The translations under genes were made by a program, and so were the position numbers. The notes beneath the pieces are model-generated. The model searched no databases, was not told the DNA's origin, and was given only the letters and a program-made list of their open reading frames with translations. This document shows, piece by piece, positions 26,150 through 39,250 of a stretch of DNA of 64,000 nucleotides; within the stretch, counting starts at the first letter, position 1, and each line of letters starts with the position of its first letter. The stretch comes from Nemertoderma westbladi (taxonomy: Eukaryota > Animalia > Xenacoelomorpha), in the NCBI GenBank assembly GCA_032718475.1, contig JAUCBJ010006317.1, positions 1 through 64,000 on the forward strand, given 5' to 3'.

Positions 26150-28560
26150 GGGACTGGTGTAAACAAATAACTGAGGTAGGTGTGTGGGACTGGTGTAAAC
26201 AAATAGCTGAGGTAGGTGAGTGGGACTGGTGTAAACAAATAGCTGAGGTAGGTGTGTGGGACTGGTGTAAACAAATAGCCGAGGTAGGTGAGTGGGACTG
26301 GTGTAAACAAATAGCTGAGGTTGGTGAGTGGGACTGGTGTAAACAAATAGCTGAGGTAGGTGAGTGGGACTGGTGTAAACAAATAGCTGAGGTAGGTGAG
26401 TGGGACTGGTGTAAACAAATAGCTGAGGTAGGTGAGTGGGACTGGTGTAAACAAATAGCTGAGGTAGGTGAGTGGGACTGGTGTAAACAAATAGCTGAGG
26501 TAGGTGAGTGGAACTGGTGTAAACAAATAGCCGAGGTAGGTGAGTGGGACTGGTGTAAACAAATAGCTGAGGTAGGTGTGTGGGACTGGTGTAAACAAAT
26601 AGCCGAGGTAGGTGAGTGGGACTGGTGTAAACAAATAGCTGAGGTAGGTGTGTGGGACTGGTGTAAACAAATAGCCGAGGTAGGTGAGTGGGACTGGTGT
26701 AAACAAATAGCTGCGGTAGGTGTGTGGGACTGGTGTAAACAAATAGCCGAGGTAGGTGAGTGGAACTGGTGTAAACAAATAGCCGAGGTATGTGAGTGGG
26801 ACTGGTGTAAACAAATAGCTGAGGTAGGTGAGTGGGACTGGTGTAAACAAATAGCTGAGGTAGGTGAGTGGGACTGGTGTAAACAAATAGCCGAGGTAGG
26901 TGAGTGGGACTGGTGTAAACAAATAGCCGAGGTAGGTGTGTGGGACTGGTGTAAACAAATAGCCGAGGTAGGTGAGTGGGACTGGTGTAAACAAATAACC
27001 GAGGTAAGTGAGTGGGACTGGTGTAAACAAATAGCTGAGGTAGGTGAGTGGAACTGGTGTAAACAAATAGCCGAGGTATGTGAGTGGGACTGGTGTAAAC
27101 AAATAGCTGAGGTAGGTGAGTGGGACTGGTGTAAACAAATAGCTGAGGTAGGTGAGTGGGACTGGTGTAAACAAATAGCTGAGGTAGGTGTGTGGGACTG
27201 GTGTAAACAAATAGCCGAGGTAGGTGAGTGGGACTGGTGTAAACAAATAGCTGAGGTAGGTGTGTGGGACTGGTGTAAACAAATAGCTGAGGTAGGTGAG
27301 TGGGACTGGTGTAAACAAATAACCGAGGTAAGTGAGTGGGACTGGTGTAAACAAATAGCTGAGGTAGGTGAGTGGAACTGGTGTAAACAAATAGCCGAGG
27401 TATGTGAGTGGGACTGGTGTAAACAAATAGCTGAGGTAGGTGAGTGGGACTGGTGTAAACAAATAGCTGAGGTAGGTGAGTGGGACTGGTGTAAACAAAT
27501 AGCTGAGGTAGGTGTGTGGGACTGGTGTAAACAAATAGCCGAGGTAGGTGAGTGGGACTGGTGTAAACAAATAGCTGCGGTAGGTGTGTGGGACTGGTGT
27601 AAACAAATAGCCGAGGTAGGTGAGTGGAACTGGTGTAAACAAATAACCGAGGTAGGTGAGTGGGACTGGTGTAAACAAATAGCTGAGGTAGGTGTGTGGG
27701 ACTGGTGTAAACAAATAGCCGAGGTAGGTGAGTGGGACTGGTGTAAACAAATAGCTGCGGTAGGTGTGTGGGACTGGTGTAAACAAATAGCCGAGGTAGG
27801 TGTGTGGGACTGGTGTAAACAAATAACTGAGGTAGGTGTGTGGGACTGGTGTAAACAAATAGCTGAGGTAGGTGAGTGGGACTGGTGTAAACAAATAGCT
27901 GAGGTAGGTGTGTGGGACTGGTGTAAACAAATAGCCGAGGTAGGTGAGTGGGACTGGTGTAAACAAATAGCTGAGGTTGGTGAGTGGGACTGGTGTAAAC
28001 AAATAGCTGAGGTAGGTGAGTGGGACTGGTGTAAACAAATAGCTGAGGTAGGTGAGTGGGACTGGTGTAAACAAATAGCTGAGGTAGGTGAGTGGGACTG
28101 GTGTAAACAAATAGCTGAGGTAGGTGAGTGGGACTGGTGTAAACAAATAGCTGAGGTAGGTGAGTGGAACTGGTGTAAACAAATAGCCGAGGTAGGTGAG
28201 TGGGACTGGTGTAAACAAATAGCTGAGGTAGGTGTGTGGGACTGGTGTAAACAAATAGCCGAGGTAGGTGAGTGGGACTGGTGTAAACAAATAGCTGAGG
28301 TAGGTGTGTGGGACTGGTGTAAACAAATAGCCGAGGTAGGTGAGTGGGACTGGTGTAAACAAATAGCTGCGGTAGGTGTGTGGGACTGGTGTAAACAAAT
28401 AGCCGAGGTAGGTGAGTGGAACTGGTGTAAACAAATAGCCGAGGTATGTGAGTGGGACTGGTGTAAACAAATAGCTGAGGTAGGTGAGTGGGACTGGTGT
28501 AAACAAATAGCTGAGGTAGGTGAGTGGGACTGGTGTAAACAAATAGCCGAGGTAGGTGAG
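26150..28560 (+). repeat. Block duplication at offset 1656 bp (46 monomers)
   Basis: GAGGTTGG at ~26321/27977 and CTGCGGTAGG at 26711/28367, with shared GGAAC and GTATGT variants in the same order. Confidence 0.8.
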
Positions 28561-31500
28561 TGGGACTGGTGTAAACAAATAGCCGAGGTAGGTGAGTGGG
28601 ACTGGTGTAAACAAATAGCTGAGGTAGGTGTGTGGGACTGGTGTAAACAAATAGCTGAGGTAGGTGAGTGGGACTGGTGTAACTGTAAACAAATAGCTGA
28701 GGTACAGTTAGTAGGTGAGTGGGACTGGTGTAAACAAATAGCTGAGGTAGGTGAGTGGGACTGGTGTAAACAAATAGCTGAGGTACAGTTAGTAGGTGAG
28801 TGGGACTGGTGTAAACAAATAGCTGAGGTAGGTGAGTGGGACTGGTGTAAACAAATAGCTGAGGTAGGTGAGTGGGACTGGTGTAAACAAATAGCTGAGG
28901 TAGGTGAGTGGGACTGGTGTAACTGTAAACAAATAGCTGAGGTAGGTGAGTGGGACTGGTGTAAACAAATAGCTGAGGTAGGTGTGTGGGACTGGTGTAA
29001 ACAAATAGCTGAGGTAGGTGTGTGGGACTGGTGTAAACAAATAGCTGAGGTAGGTGAGTGGGACTGGTGTAACTGTAAACAAATAGCTGAGGTACAGTTA
29101 GTAGGTGAGTGGGACTGGTGTAAACAAATAGCTGAGGTAGGTGAGTGGGACTGGTGTAACTGTAAACAAATAGCTGAGGTACAGTTAGTAGGTGAGTGGG
29201 ACTGGTGTAAACAAATAGCTGAGGTAGGTGAGTGGGACTGGTGTAAACAAATAGCTGAGGTAGGTGAGTGGGACTGGTGTAAACAAATAGCTGAGGTAGG
29301 TGTGTGGGACTGGTGTAAACAAATAGCCGAGGTAGGTGAGTGGGACTGGTGTAAACAAATAGCTGAGGTAGGTGTGTGGGACTGGTGTAAACAAATAACT
29401 GAGGTAGGTGTGTGGGACTGGTGTAAACAAATAGCTGAGGTAGGTGAGTGGGACTGGTGTAAACAAATAGCTGAGGTAGGTGTGTGGGACTGGTGTAAAC
29501 AAATAGCCGAGGTAGGTGAGTGGGACTGGTGTAAACAAATAGCTGAGGTAGGTGAGTGGGACTGGTGTAAACAAATAGCCGAGGTAGGTGAGTGGGACTG
29601 GTGTAAACAAATAGCCGAGGTAGGTGAGTGGGACTGGTGTAAACAAATAGCCGAGGTAGGTGAGTGGGACTGGTGTAAACAAATAGCTGAGGTAGGTGAG
29701 TGGGACTGGTGTAAACAAATAGCTGAGGTAGGTGAGTGGGACTGGTGTAAACAAATAGCTGAGGTTGGTGAGTGGGACTGGTGTAAACAAATAGCTGAGG
29801 TAGGTGAGTGGAACTGGTGTAAACAAATAGCCGAGGTAGGTGAGTGGGATTGGTGTAAACAAATAGCTGAGGTAGGTGTGTGGGACTGGTGTAAACAAAT
29901 AGCCGAGGTAGGTGAGTGGGACTGGTGTAAACAAATAGCTGAGGTAGGTGAGTGGGACTGCTGTAAACAAATAGCCGAGGTATGTGAGTGGGACTGGTGT
30001 AAACAAATAGCCGAGGTAGGTGAGTGGGACTGGTGTAAACAAATAGCTGAGGTAGGTGAGTGGGACTGGTGTAAACAAATAGCCGAGGTATGTGAGTGGG
30101 ACTGGTGTAAACAAATAGCCGAGGTAGGTGAGTGGAACTGGTGTAAACAAATAGCCGAGGTATGTGAGTGGGACTGGTGTAAACAAATAGCTGAGGTAGG
30201 TGAGTGGGACTGGTGTAAACAAATAGCTGAGGTAGGTGAGTGGGACTGGTGTAAACAAATAGCCGAGGTAGGTGAGTGGGACTGGTGTAAACAAATAGCC
30301 GAGGTAGGTGAGTGGAACTGGTGTAAACAAATAGCCGAGGTATGTGAGTGGGACTGGTGTAAACAAATAGCTGAGGTAGGTGAGTGGGACTGGTGTAAAC
30401 AAATAGCTGAGGTAGGTGAGTGGGACTGGTGTAAACAAATAGCCGAGGTAGGTGAGTGGGACTGGTGTAAACAAATAGCCGAGGTAGGTGAGTGGGACTG
30501 GTGTAAACAAATAGCTGAGGTAGGTGAGTGGGACTGGTGTAAACAAATAGCTGAGGTAGGTGAGTGGGACTGGTGTAAACAAATAGCTGAGGTAGGTGAG
30601 TGGGACTGGTGTAAACAAATATCTGAGGTAGGTGAGTGGGACTGCTGTAAACAAATAGCTGAGGTAGGTTAGTGGGACTGGTGTAAACAAATAGCTGAGG
30701 TAGGTGAGTGGGACTGGTGTAAACAAATAGCCGAGGTAGGTGAGTGTGACTGGTGTAAACAAATAGCTGAGGTATGTGAGTGGGACTGGTGTAAACAAAT
30801 AGCTGAGGTAGGTGTGTGGGACTGTTGTAAACAAATAGCTGAGGTAGGTGAGTGGGACTGGTGTAAACAAATAGCTGAGGTAGGTGAGTGGGACTGGTGT
30901 AAACAAATAGCTGAGGTAGGTGAGTGGGACTGGTGTAAACAAATAGCCGAGGTAGGTGAGTGGGACTGGTGTAAACAAATAGCTGAGGTTGGTGAGTGGG
31001 ACTGGTGTAGACAAATAGCTGAGGTAGGTGAGTGGGACTGGTGTAAACAAATAGCAGAGGTAGGTGAGTGGGACTGGTGTAAACAAATAGCTGAGGTAGG
31101 TGAGTGGGACTGGTGTAAACAAATAGCTGAGGTAGGTGAGTGGGACTGGTGTAAACAAATAGCTGAGGTAGGTGTGTGGGACTGGTGTAAACAAATAGCT
31201 GAGGTATGTGAGTGGGACTGGTGTAAACAAATAGGCGAGGTAGGTGAGTGGGACTGGTGTAAACAAATAGCTGAGGTATGTGAGTGGGACTGGTGTAAAC
31301 AAATAGCTGAGGTATGTGAGTGGGACTGGTGTAAACAAATAGCTGAGGTTGGTGAGTGGGACTGGTGTAAACAAATAGCTGAGGTAGGTGAGTGGGACTG
31401 TTGTAAACAAATAGCTGAGGTAGGTGAGTGGGACTGGTGTAAACAAATAGCTGAGGTAGGTGAGTGGGACTGGTGTAAACAAATAGCCGATGTAGGTGAG

Positions 31501-34500
31501 TGGGACTGGTGTAAACAAATAGCTGAGGTATGTGAGTGGGACTGGTGTAAACAAATAGGCGAGGTAGGTGAGTGGGACTGGTGTAAACAAATAGCTGAGG
31601 TATGTGAGTGGGACTGGTGTAAACAAATAGCTGAGGTAGGTGAGTGGGACTGGTGTAAACAAATAGCTGAGGTAGGTGAGTGGTACTGGTGTAAACAAAT
31701 AGCTGAGGTAGGTGTGTGGGACTGGTGTAAACAAATAGCCGATGTAGGTGAGTGGGACTGGTGTAAACAAATAGCTGAGGTATGTGAGTGGGACTGGTGT
31801 AAACAAATAGGCGAGGTAGGTGAGTGGGACTGGTGTAAACAAATAGCTGAGGTATGTGAGTGGGACTGGTGTAAACAAATAGCTGAGGTAGGTGAGTGGG
31901 ACTGGTGTAAACAAATAGCTGAGGTAGGTGAGTGGGACTGGTGTAAACAAATAGCCGATGTAGGTGAGTGGGACTGGTGTAAACAAATAGCTGAGGTATG
32001 TGAGTGGGACTGGTGTAAACAAATAGGCGAGGTAGGTGAGTGGGACTGGTGTAAACCAATAGCTGATGTATGTGAGTGGGACTGGTGTAAACAAATAGCT
32101 GAGGTAGGTGAGTGGGACTGGTGTAAACAAATAGCAGAGGTAGGTGAGTGGGACTGGTCTAAACAAATAGCTGAGGTTGGTGAGTGGGACTGGTGTAAAC
32201 AAATAACTGAGGTAGGTGAGTGGGACTGGTGTAAACAAATAGCTGAGGTAGGTGTGTGGGACTGGTGTAACTGTAAACAAATAGCTGAGGTTGGTGAGTG
32301 GGACTGGTGTAAACAAATAACTGAGGTAGGTGAGTGGGACTGGTGTAACTGTAAACAAATAGCTGAGGTAGGTGAGTGGGACTGGTGTAAACAAATAGCT
32401 GAGGTAGGTGAGTGGGAGTGGTGTAAACAAATAGCTGAGGTAGGTGAGTGGGACTGGTGTAAACAAATAGCTGAGGTTGGTGAGTGGGACTGGTGTAAAC
32501 AAATAACTGAGGTAGGTGAGTGGGACTGGTGTAAACAAATAGCTGAGGTAGGTGAGTGGGACTGGTGTAAACAAATAGCTGAGGTAGGTGTGTGGGACTG
32601 GTGTAACTGTAAACAAATAACTGAGGTAGGTGAGTGGGACTGGTGTAACTGTAAACAAATAGCTGAGGTAGGTGAGTGGGACTGGTGTAAACAAATAGCT
32701 GAGGTAGGTGTGTGGGACTGGTGTAACTGTAAACAAATAGCTGAGGTAGGTGAATGGGACTGGTGTAAACAAATAACTGAGGTATGTGAGTGGGACTGGT
32801 GTAAACAAATAGCTGAGGTAGGTGAGTGGGACTGGTGTAACTGTAAACAAATAGCTGAGGTAGGTGAGTGGGACTGGTGTAAACAAATAGCCGAGGTAGG
32901 TGAGTGGGACTGGTGTAAACAAATAGCTGAGGTAGGTGAGTGGGACTGGTGTAAACAAATAGCCGAGGTTGGTGAGTGGGACTGGTGTAAACAAATAGCT
33001 GAGGTAGGTGAGTGGGACTGGTGTAAACAAATAGCTGAGGTAGGTGTGTGGGACTGGTGTAACTGTAAACAAATAGCTGAGGTAGGTGAATGGGACTGGT
33101 GTAAACAAATAACTGAGGTAGGTGAGTGGGACTGGTGTAAACAAATAGCTGAGGTAGGTAAGTGGGACTGGTGTAAACAAATAACTGAGGTAGGTGAGTG
33201 GGACTGGTGTAAACAAATAGCCGAGGTAGGTGAGTGGGACTGGTGTAAACAAATAGCTGAGGTAGGTGAGTGGGACTGGTGTAAACAAGTAGCTGAGGTA
33301 GGTGAGTGGGACTGGTGTAACTGTAAACAAATAGCTGAGGTAGGTGAGTGGGACTGGTGTAACTGTAAACAAATAGCTGAGGTAGGTGAGTGGGACTGGT
33401 GTAAACAAATAGCCGAGGTAGGTGAGTGGGACTGGTGTAAACAAATAGCTGAGGTAGGTGAGTGGGACTGGTGTAAACAAATAGCCGAGGTTGGTGAGTG
33501 GGACTGGTGTAAACAAATAGCTGAGGTAGGTGAGTGGGACTGGTGTAAACAAATAGCCGAGGTAGGTGAGTGGGACTGGTGTAAACAAATAGCTGAGGTA
33601 GGTGAGTGGGACTGGTGTAAACAAATAGCTGAGGTAGGTGAGTGGGACTGGTGTAACTGTAAACAAATAGCTGAGGTAGGTGAGTGGGACTGGTGTAAAC
33701 AAATAGCCGAGGTAGGTGAGTGGGACTGGTGTAAACAAATAGCTGAGGTAGGTGAGTGGGACTGGTGTAAACAAATAGCCGAGGTAGGTGAGTGGGACTG
33801 GTGTAAACAAATAGCCGAGGTAGGTGAGTGGGACTGGTGTAAACAAATAGCTGAGGTAGGTGAGTGGGACTGGTGTAAACAAATAGCTGAGGTAGGTGAG
33901 TGGGACTGGTGTAAACAAATAGCTGAGGTAGGTGAGTGGGACTGGTGTAAACAAATAGCTGAGGTAGGTGAGTGGGACTGGTGTAAACAAATAGCTGAGG
34001 TAGGTGAGTGGGACTGGTGTAACTGTAAACAAATAGCTGAGGTAGGTGAGTGGGGCTGGTGTAACTGTAAACAAATAGCTGAGGTAGGTGAGTGGGACTG
34101 GTGTAAACAAATAGCTGAGGTAGGTGAGTGGGACTGGTGTAAACAAATAGCTGAGGTAGGTGAGTGGGACTGGTGTAAACAAATAGCTGAGGTAGGTGAG
34201 TGGGACTGGTGTAAACAAATAGCTGAGGTAGGTGAGTGGGACTGGTGTAACTGTAAACAAATAGCTGAGGTAGGTGAGTGGGGCTGGTGTAAACAAATAG
34301 CTGAGGTAGGTGTGTGGGACTGGTGTAAACAAATAGCTGAGGTAGGTGTGTGGGACTGGTGTAAACAAATAGCTGAGGTAGGTGGGTGGGACTGGTGTAA
34401 ACAAATAGCTGAGGTAGGTGTGTGGGACTGGTGTAAACAAATAGCTGAGGTAGGTGAGTGGGACTGGTGTAACTGTAAACAAATAGCTGAGGTAGGTGAG

Positions 34501-34849
34501 TGGGACTGGTGTAAACAAATAGCTGAGGTAGGTGAGTGGGACTGGTGTAACTGTAAACAAATAGCTGAGGTAGGTGTGTGGGACTGGTGTAAACAAATAG
34601 CTGAGGTAGGTGAGTGGGACTGGTGTAACTGTAAACAAATAGCTGAGGTAGATGAGTGGGGCTGGTGTAAACAAATAGCTGAGGTAGGTGAGTGGGACTG
34701 GTGTAACTGTAAACAAATAGCTGAGGTAGGTGAGTGGGACTGGTGTAAACAAATAGCTGAGGTAGGTGAGTGGGACTGGTGTAAACAAATAGCTGAGGTA
34801 GGTGAGTGGGACTGGTGTAAACAAATAGCTGAGGTAGGTGAGTGGGACT

Positions 34850-37800
34850 GGTGTAACTGTAAACAAATAGCTGAGGTAGGTGAGTGGGGCTGGTGTAAAC
34901 AAATAGCTGAGGTAGGTGTGTGGGACTGGTGTAAACAAATAGCTGAGGTAGGTGTGTGGGACTGGTGTAAACAAATAGCTGAGGTAGGTGGGTGGGACTG
35001 GTGTAAACAAATAGCTGAGGTAGGTGTGTGGGACTGGTGTAACTGTAAACAAATAGCCGAGGTAGGTGAGTGGGACTGGTGTAAACAAATAGCTGAGGTA
35101 GGTGTGTGGGACTGGTGTAAACAAATAGCTGAGGTAGGTGTGTGGGACTGGTGTAAACAAATAGCTGAGGTAGGTGTGTGGGACTGGTGTAAACAAATAG
35201 CTGAGGTAGGTGTGTGGGACTGGTGTAACTGTAAACAAATAGCCAAGGTAGGTGAGTGGGACTGGTGTAAACAAATAGCTGAGGTAGGTGAGTGGGACTG
35301 GTGTAAACAAATAGCTGAGGTAGGTGAGTGGGACTGGTGTAAACAAATAGCTGAGGTAGATGAGTGGGACTGGGGTAAACAAATAGCTGAGGTAGGTGAG
35401 TGGGACTGGTGTAAACAAATAGCTGAGTTAGGTGAGTGGGACTGGTGTAAACAAATAGCTGAGGTAGGTGAGTGGGACTGGTGTAAACAAATAGCCGAGG
35501 TAGGTGAGTGGGACTGGTGTAAACAAATAGCTAAGGTAGGTGAGTGGGACTGGTGTAAACAAATAGCTGAGGTAGGTGAGTTGGACTGGTGTAAACAAAT
35601 AGCTGAGGTAGGTGAGTGGGACTGGTGTAAACAAATAGCTAAGGTAGGTGAGTGGGACTGGTGTAAACAAATAGCTGAGGTAGGTGAGTGGGACTGGTGT
35701 AAACAAATAGCTGAGGTAGGTGAGTGGGACTGGTGTAAACAAATAGCTGAGGTAGGTGAGTGGGACTGGTGTAAACAAATAGCTGAGGTAGGTGATTGGG
35801 ACTGGTGTAAACAAATAGCTGAGGTAGGTGAGTGGGACTGGTGTAAACAAATAGCCGAGGTAGGTGAGTGGGACTGGTGTAAACAAATAGCTGAGGTAGA
35901 TGAGTGGGACTGGTGTGAACAAATAGCCGAGGTAGGTGAGTGGGACTGGTGTAAACAAATAGCTGAGGTAGGTGAGTGGGACTGGTGTAAACAAATAGCC
36001 GAGGTAAGTGAGTGGGACTGGTGTAAACAAATAGCCGAGGTAGGTGAGTGGGACTGGTGTAAACAAATAGCTGAGGTAGGTGAGTGGGACTGGTGTAAAC
36101 AAATAGCTGAGGTAGGTCTGTGGGACTGGTGTAAACAAATAGCTGAGGTAGGTGAGTGGGACTGGTGTAAACAAATAGCTGAGGTAGGTGAGTGGGACTG
36201 GTGTAAACAAATAGCTGAGGTAGGTGAGTGGGACTGGTGTAACTGTAAACAAATAGCTGAGGTAGGTGAGTGGGGCTGGTGTAAACAAATAGCTGAGGTA
36301 GGTGTGTGGGACTGGTGTAAACAAATAGCTGAGGTAGGTGTGTGGGACTGGTGTAAACAAATAGCTGAGGTAGGTGGGTGGGACTGGTGTAAACAAATAG
36401 CTGAGGTAGGTGTGTGGGACTGGTGTAACTGTAAACAAATAGCCGAGGTAGGTGAGTGGGACTGGTGTAAACAAATAGCTGAGGTAGGTGTGTGGGACTG
36501 GTGTAAACAAATAGCTGAGGTAGGTGTGTGGGACTGGTGTAAACAAATAGCTGAGGTAGGTGTGTGGGACTGGTGTAAACAAATAGCTGAGGTAGGTGTG
36601 TGGGACTGGTGTAACTGTAAACAAATAGCCAAGGTAGGTGAGTGGGACTGGTGTAAACAAATAGCTGAGGTAGGTGAGTGGGACTGGTGTAAACAAATAG
36701 CTGAGGTAGGTGAGTGGGACTGGTGTAAACAAATAGCTGAGGTAGATGAGTGGGACTGGGGTAAACAAATAGCTGAGGTAGGTGAGTGGGACTGGTGTAA
36801 ACAAATAGCTGAGTTAGGTGAGTGGGACTGGTGTAAACAAATAGCTGAGGTAGGTGAGTGGGACTGGTGTAAACAAATAGCCGAGGTAGGTGAGTGGGAC
36901 TGGTGTAAACAAATAGCTAAGGTAGGTGAGTGGGACTGGTGTAAACAAATAGCTGAGGTAGGTGAGTTGGACTGGTGTAAACAAATAGCTGAGGTAGGTG
37001 AGTGGGACTGGTGTAAACAAATAGCTAAGGTAGGTGAGTGGGACTGGTGTAAACAAATAGCTGAGGTAGGTGAGTGGGACTGGTGTAAACAAATAGCTGA
37101 GGTAGGTGAGTGGGACTGGTGTAAACAAATAGCTGAGGTAGGTGAGTGGGACTGGTGTAAACAAATAGCTGAGGTAGGTGATTGGGACTGGTGTAAACAA
37201 ATAGCTGAGGTAGGTGAGTGGGACTGGTGTAAACAAATAGCCGAGGTAGGTGAGTGGGACTGGTGTAAACAAATAGCTGAGGTAGATGAGTGGGACTGGT
37301 GTGAACAAATAGCCGAGGTAGGTGAGTGGGACTGGTGTAAACAAATAGCTGAGGTAGGTGAGTGGGACTGGTGTAAACAAATAGCCGAGGTAAGTGAGTG
37401 GGACTGGTGTAAACAAATAGCCGAGGTAGGTGAGTGGGACTGGTGTAAACAAATAGCTGAGGTAGGTGAGTGGGACTGGTGTAAACAAATAGCTGAGGTA
37501 GGTCTGTGGGACTGGTGTAAACAAATAGCTGAGGTAGGTGAGTGGGACTGGTGTAAACAAATAGCTGAGGTAGGTGAGTGGGACTGGTGTAAACAAATAG
37601 CTGAGGTAGGTGAGTGGAACTGGTGTAAACAAATAGCTGAGGTATATGAGTGGGACTGGTGTAAACAAATAGCTGAGGTAGGTGAGTGGGACTGGTGTAA
37701 ACAAATAGCCGAGGTAGGTGAGTGGGACTGGTGTAAACAAATAGCTGAGGTAGGTGTGTGGGACTGGTGTAAACAAATAGCTGAGGTAGGTGAGTGGGAC

Positions 37801-39250
37801 TGGTGTAAACAAATAGCTGAGGTAGGTGAGTGGAACTGGTGTAAACAAATAGCTGAGGTAGGTGAGTGGGACTGGTGTAAACAAATAGCTGAGGTAGGTG
37901 AGTGGAACTGGTGTAAACAAATAGCTGAGGTATATGAGTGGGACTGGTGTAAACAAATAGCTGAGGTAGGTGAGTGGGACTGGTGTAAACAAATAGCTGA
38001 GGTAGGTGAGTGGGACTGGTGTAAACAAATAGCTGAGGTAGGTGTGTGGGACTGGTGTAAACAAATAGCTGAGGTAGGTGTGTGGGACTGGTGTAACTGT
38101 AAACAAATAGCCAAGGTAGGTGAGTGGGACTGGTGTAAACAAATAGCTGAGGTAGGTGAGTGGGACTGGTGTAAACAAATAGCTGAGGTAGGTGAGTGGG
38201 ACTGGTGTAAACAAATAGCTGAGGTAGATGAGTGGGACTGGGGTAAACAAATAGCTGAGGTAGGTGAGTGGGACTGGTGTAAACAAATAGCTGAGTTAGG
38301 TGAGTGGGACTGGTGTAAACAAATAGCTGAGGTAGGTGAGTGGGACTGGTGTAAACAAATAGCCGAGGTAGGTGAGTGGGACTGGTGTAAACAAATAGCT
38401 AAGGTAGGTGAGTGGGACTGGTGTAAACAAATAGCTGAGGTAGGTGAGTTGGACTGGTGTAAACAAATAGCTGAGGTAGGTGAGTGGGACTGGTGTAAAC
38501 AAATAGCTAAGGTAGGTGAGTGGGACTGGTGTAAACAAATAGCTGAGGTAGGTGAGTGGGACTGGTGTAAACAAATAGCTGAGGTAGGTGAGTGGGACTG
38601 GTGTAAACAAATAGCTGAGGTAGGTGAGTGGGACTGGTGTAAACAAATAGCTGAGGTAGGTGATTGGGACTGGTGTAAACAAATAGCTGAGGTAGGTGAG
38701 TGGGACTGGTGTAAACAAATAGCCGAGGTAGGTGAGTGGGACTGGTGTAAACAAATAGCTGAGGTAGATGAGTGGGACTGGTGTGAACAAATAGCCGAGG
38801 TAGGTGAGTGGGACTGGTGTAAACAAATAGCTGAGGTAGGTGAGTGGGACTGGTGTAAACAAATAGCCGAGGTAAGTGAGTGGGACTGGTGTAAACAAAT
38901 AGCCGAGGTAGGTGAGTGGGACTGGTGTAAACAAATAGCTGAGGTAGGTGAGTGGGACTGGTGTAAACAAATAGCTGAGGTAGGTCTGTGGGACTGGTGT
39001 AAACAAATAGCTGAGGTAGGTGAGTGGGACTGGTGTAAACAAATAGCTGAGGTAGGTGAGTGGGACTGGTGTAAACAAATAGCTGAGGTAGGTGAGTGGA
39101 ACTGGTGTAAACAAATAGCTGAGGTATATGAGTGGGACTGGTGTAAACAAATAGCTGAGGTAGGTGAGTGGGACTGGTGTAAACAAATAGCTGAGGTAGG
39201 TGAGTGGGACTGGTGTAAACAAATAGCTGAGGTAGGTGTGTGGGACTGGT
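34850..39250 (+). repeat. Three-copy higher-order block, spacings 1386 and 1482 bp
   Basis: The marker series GCCAAG, GATGAG..TGGGGT, GAGTTAGG (35428/36814/38296), GAGTTGGAC, GATTGG, TGTGAAC, GGTCTG repeats in identical order three times. Confidence 0.88.
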
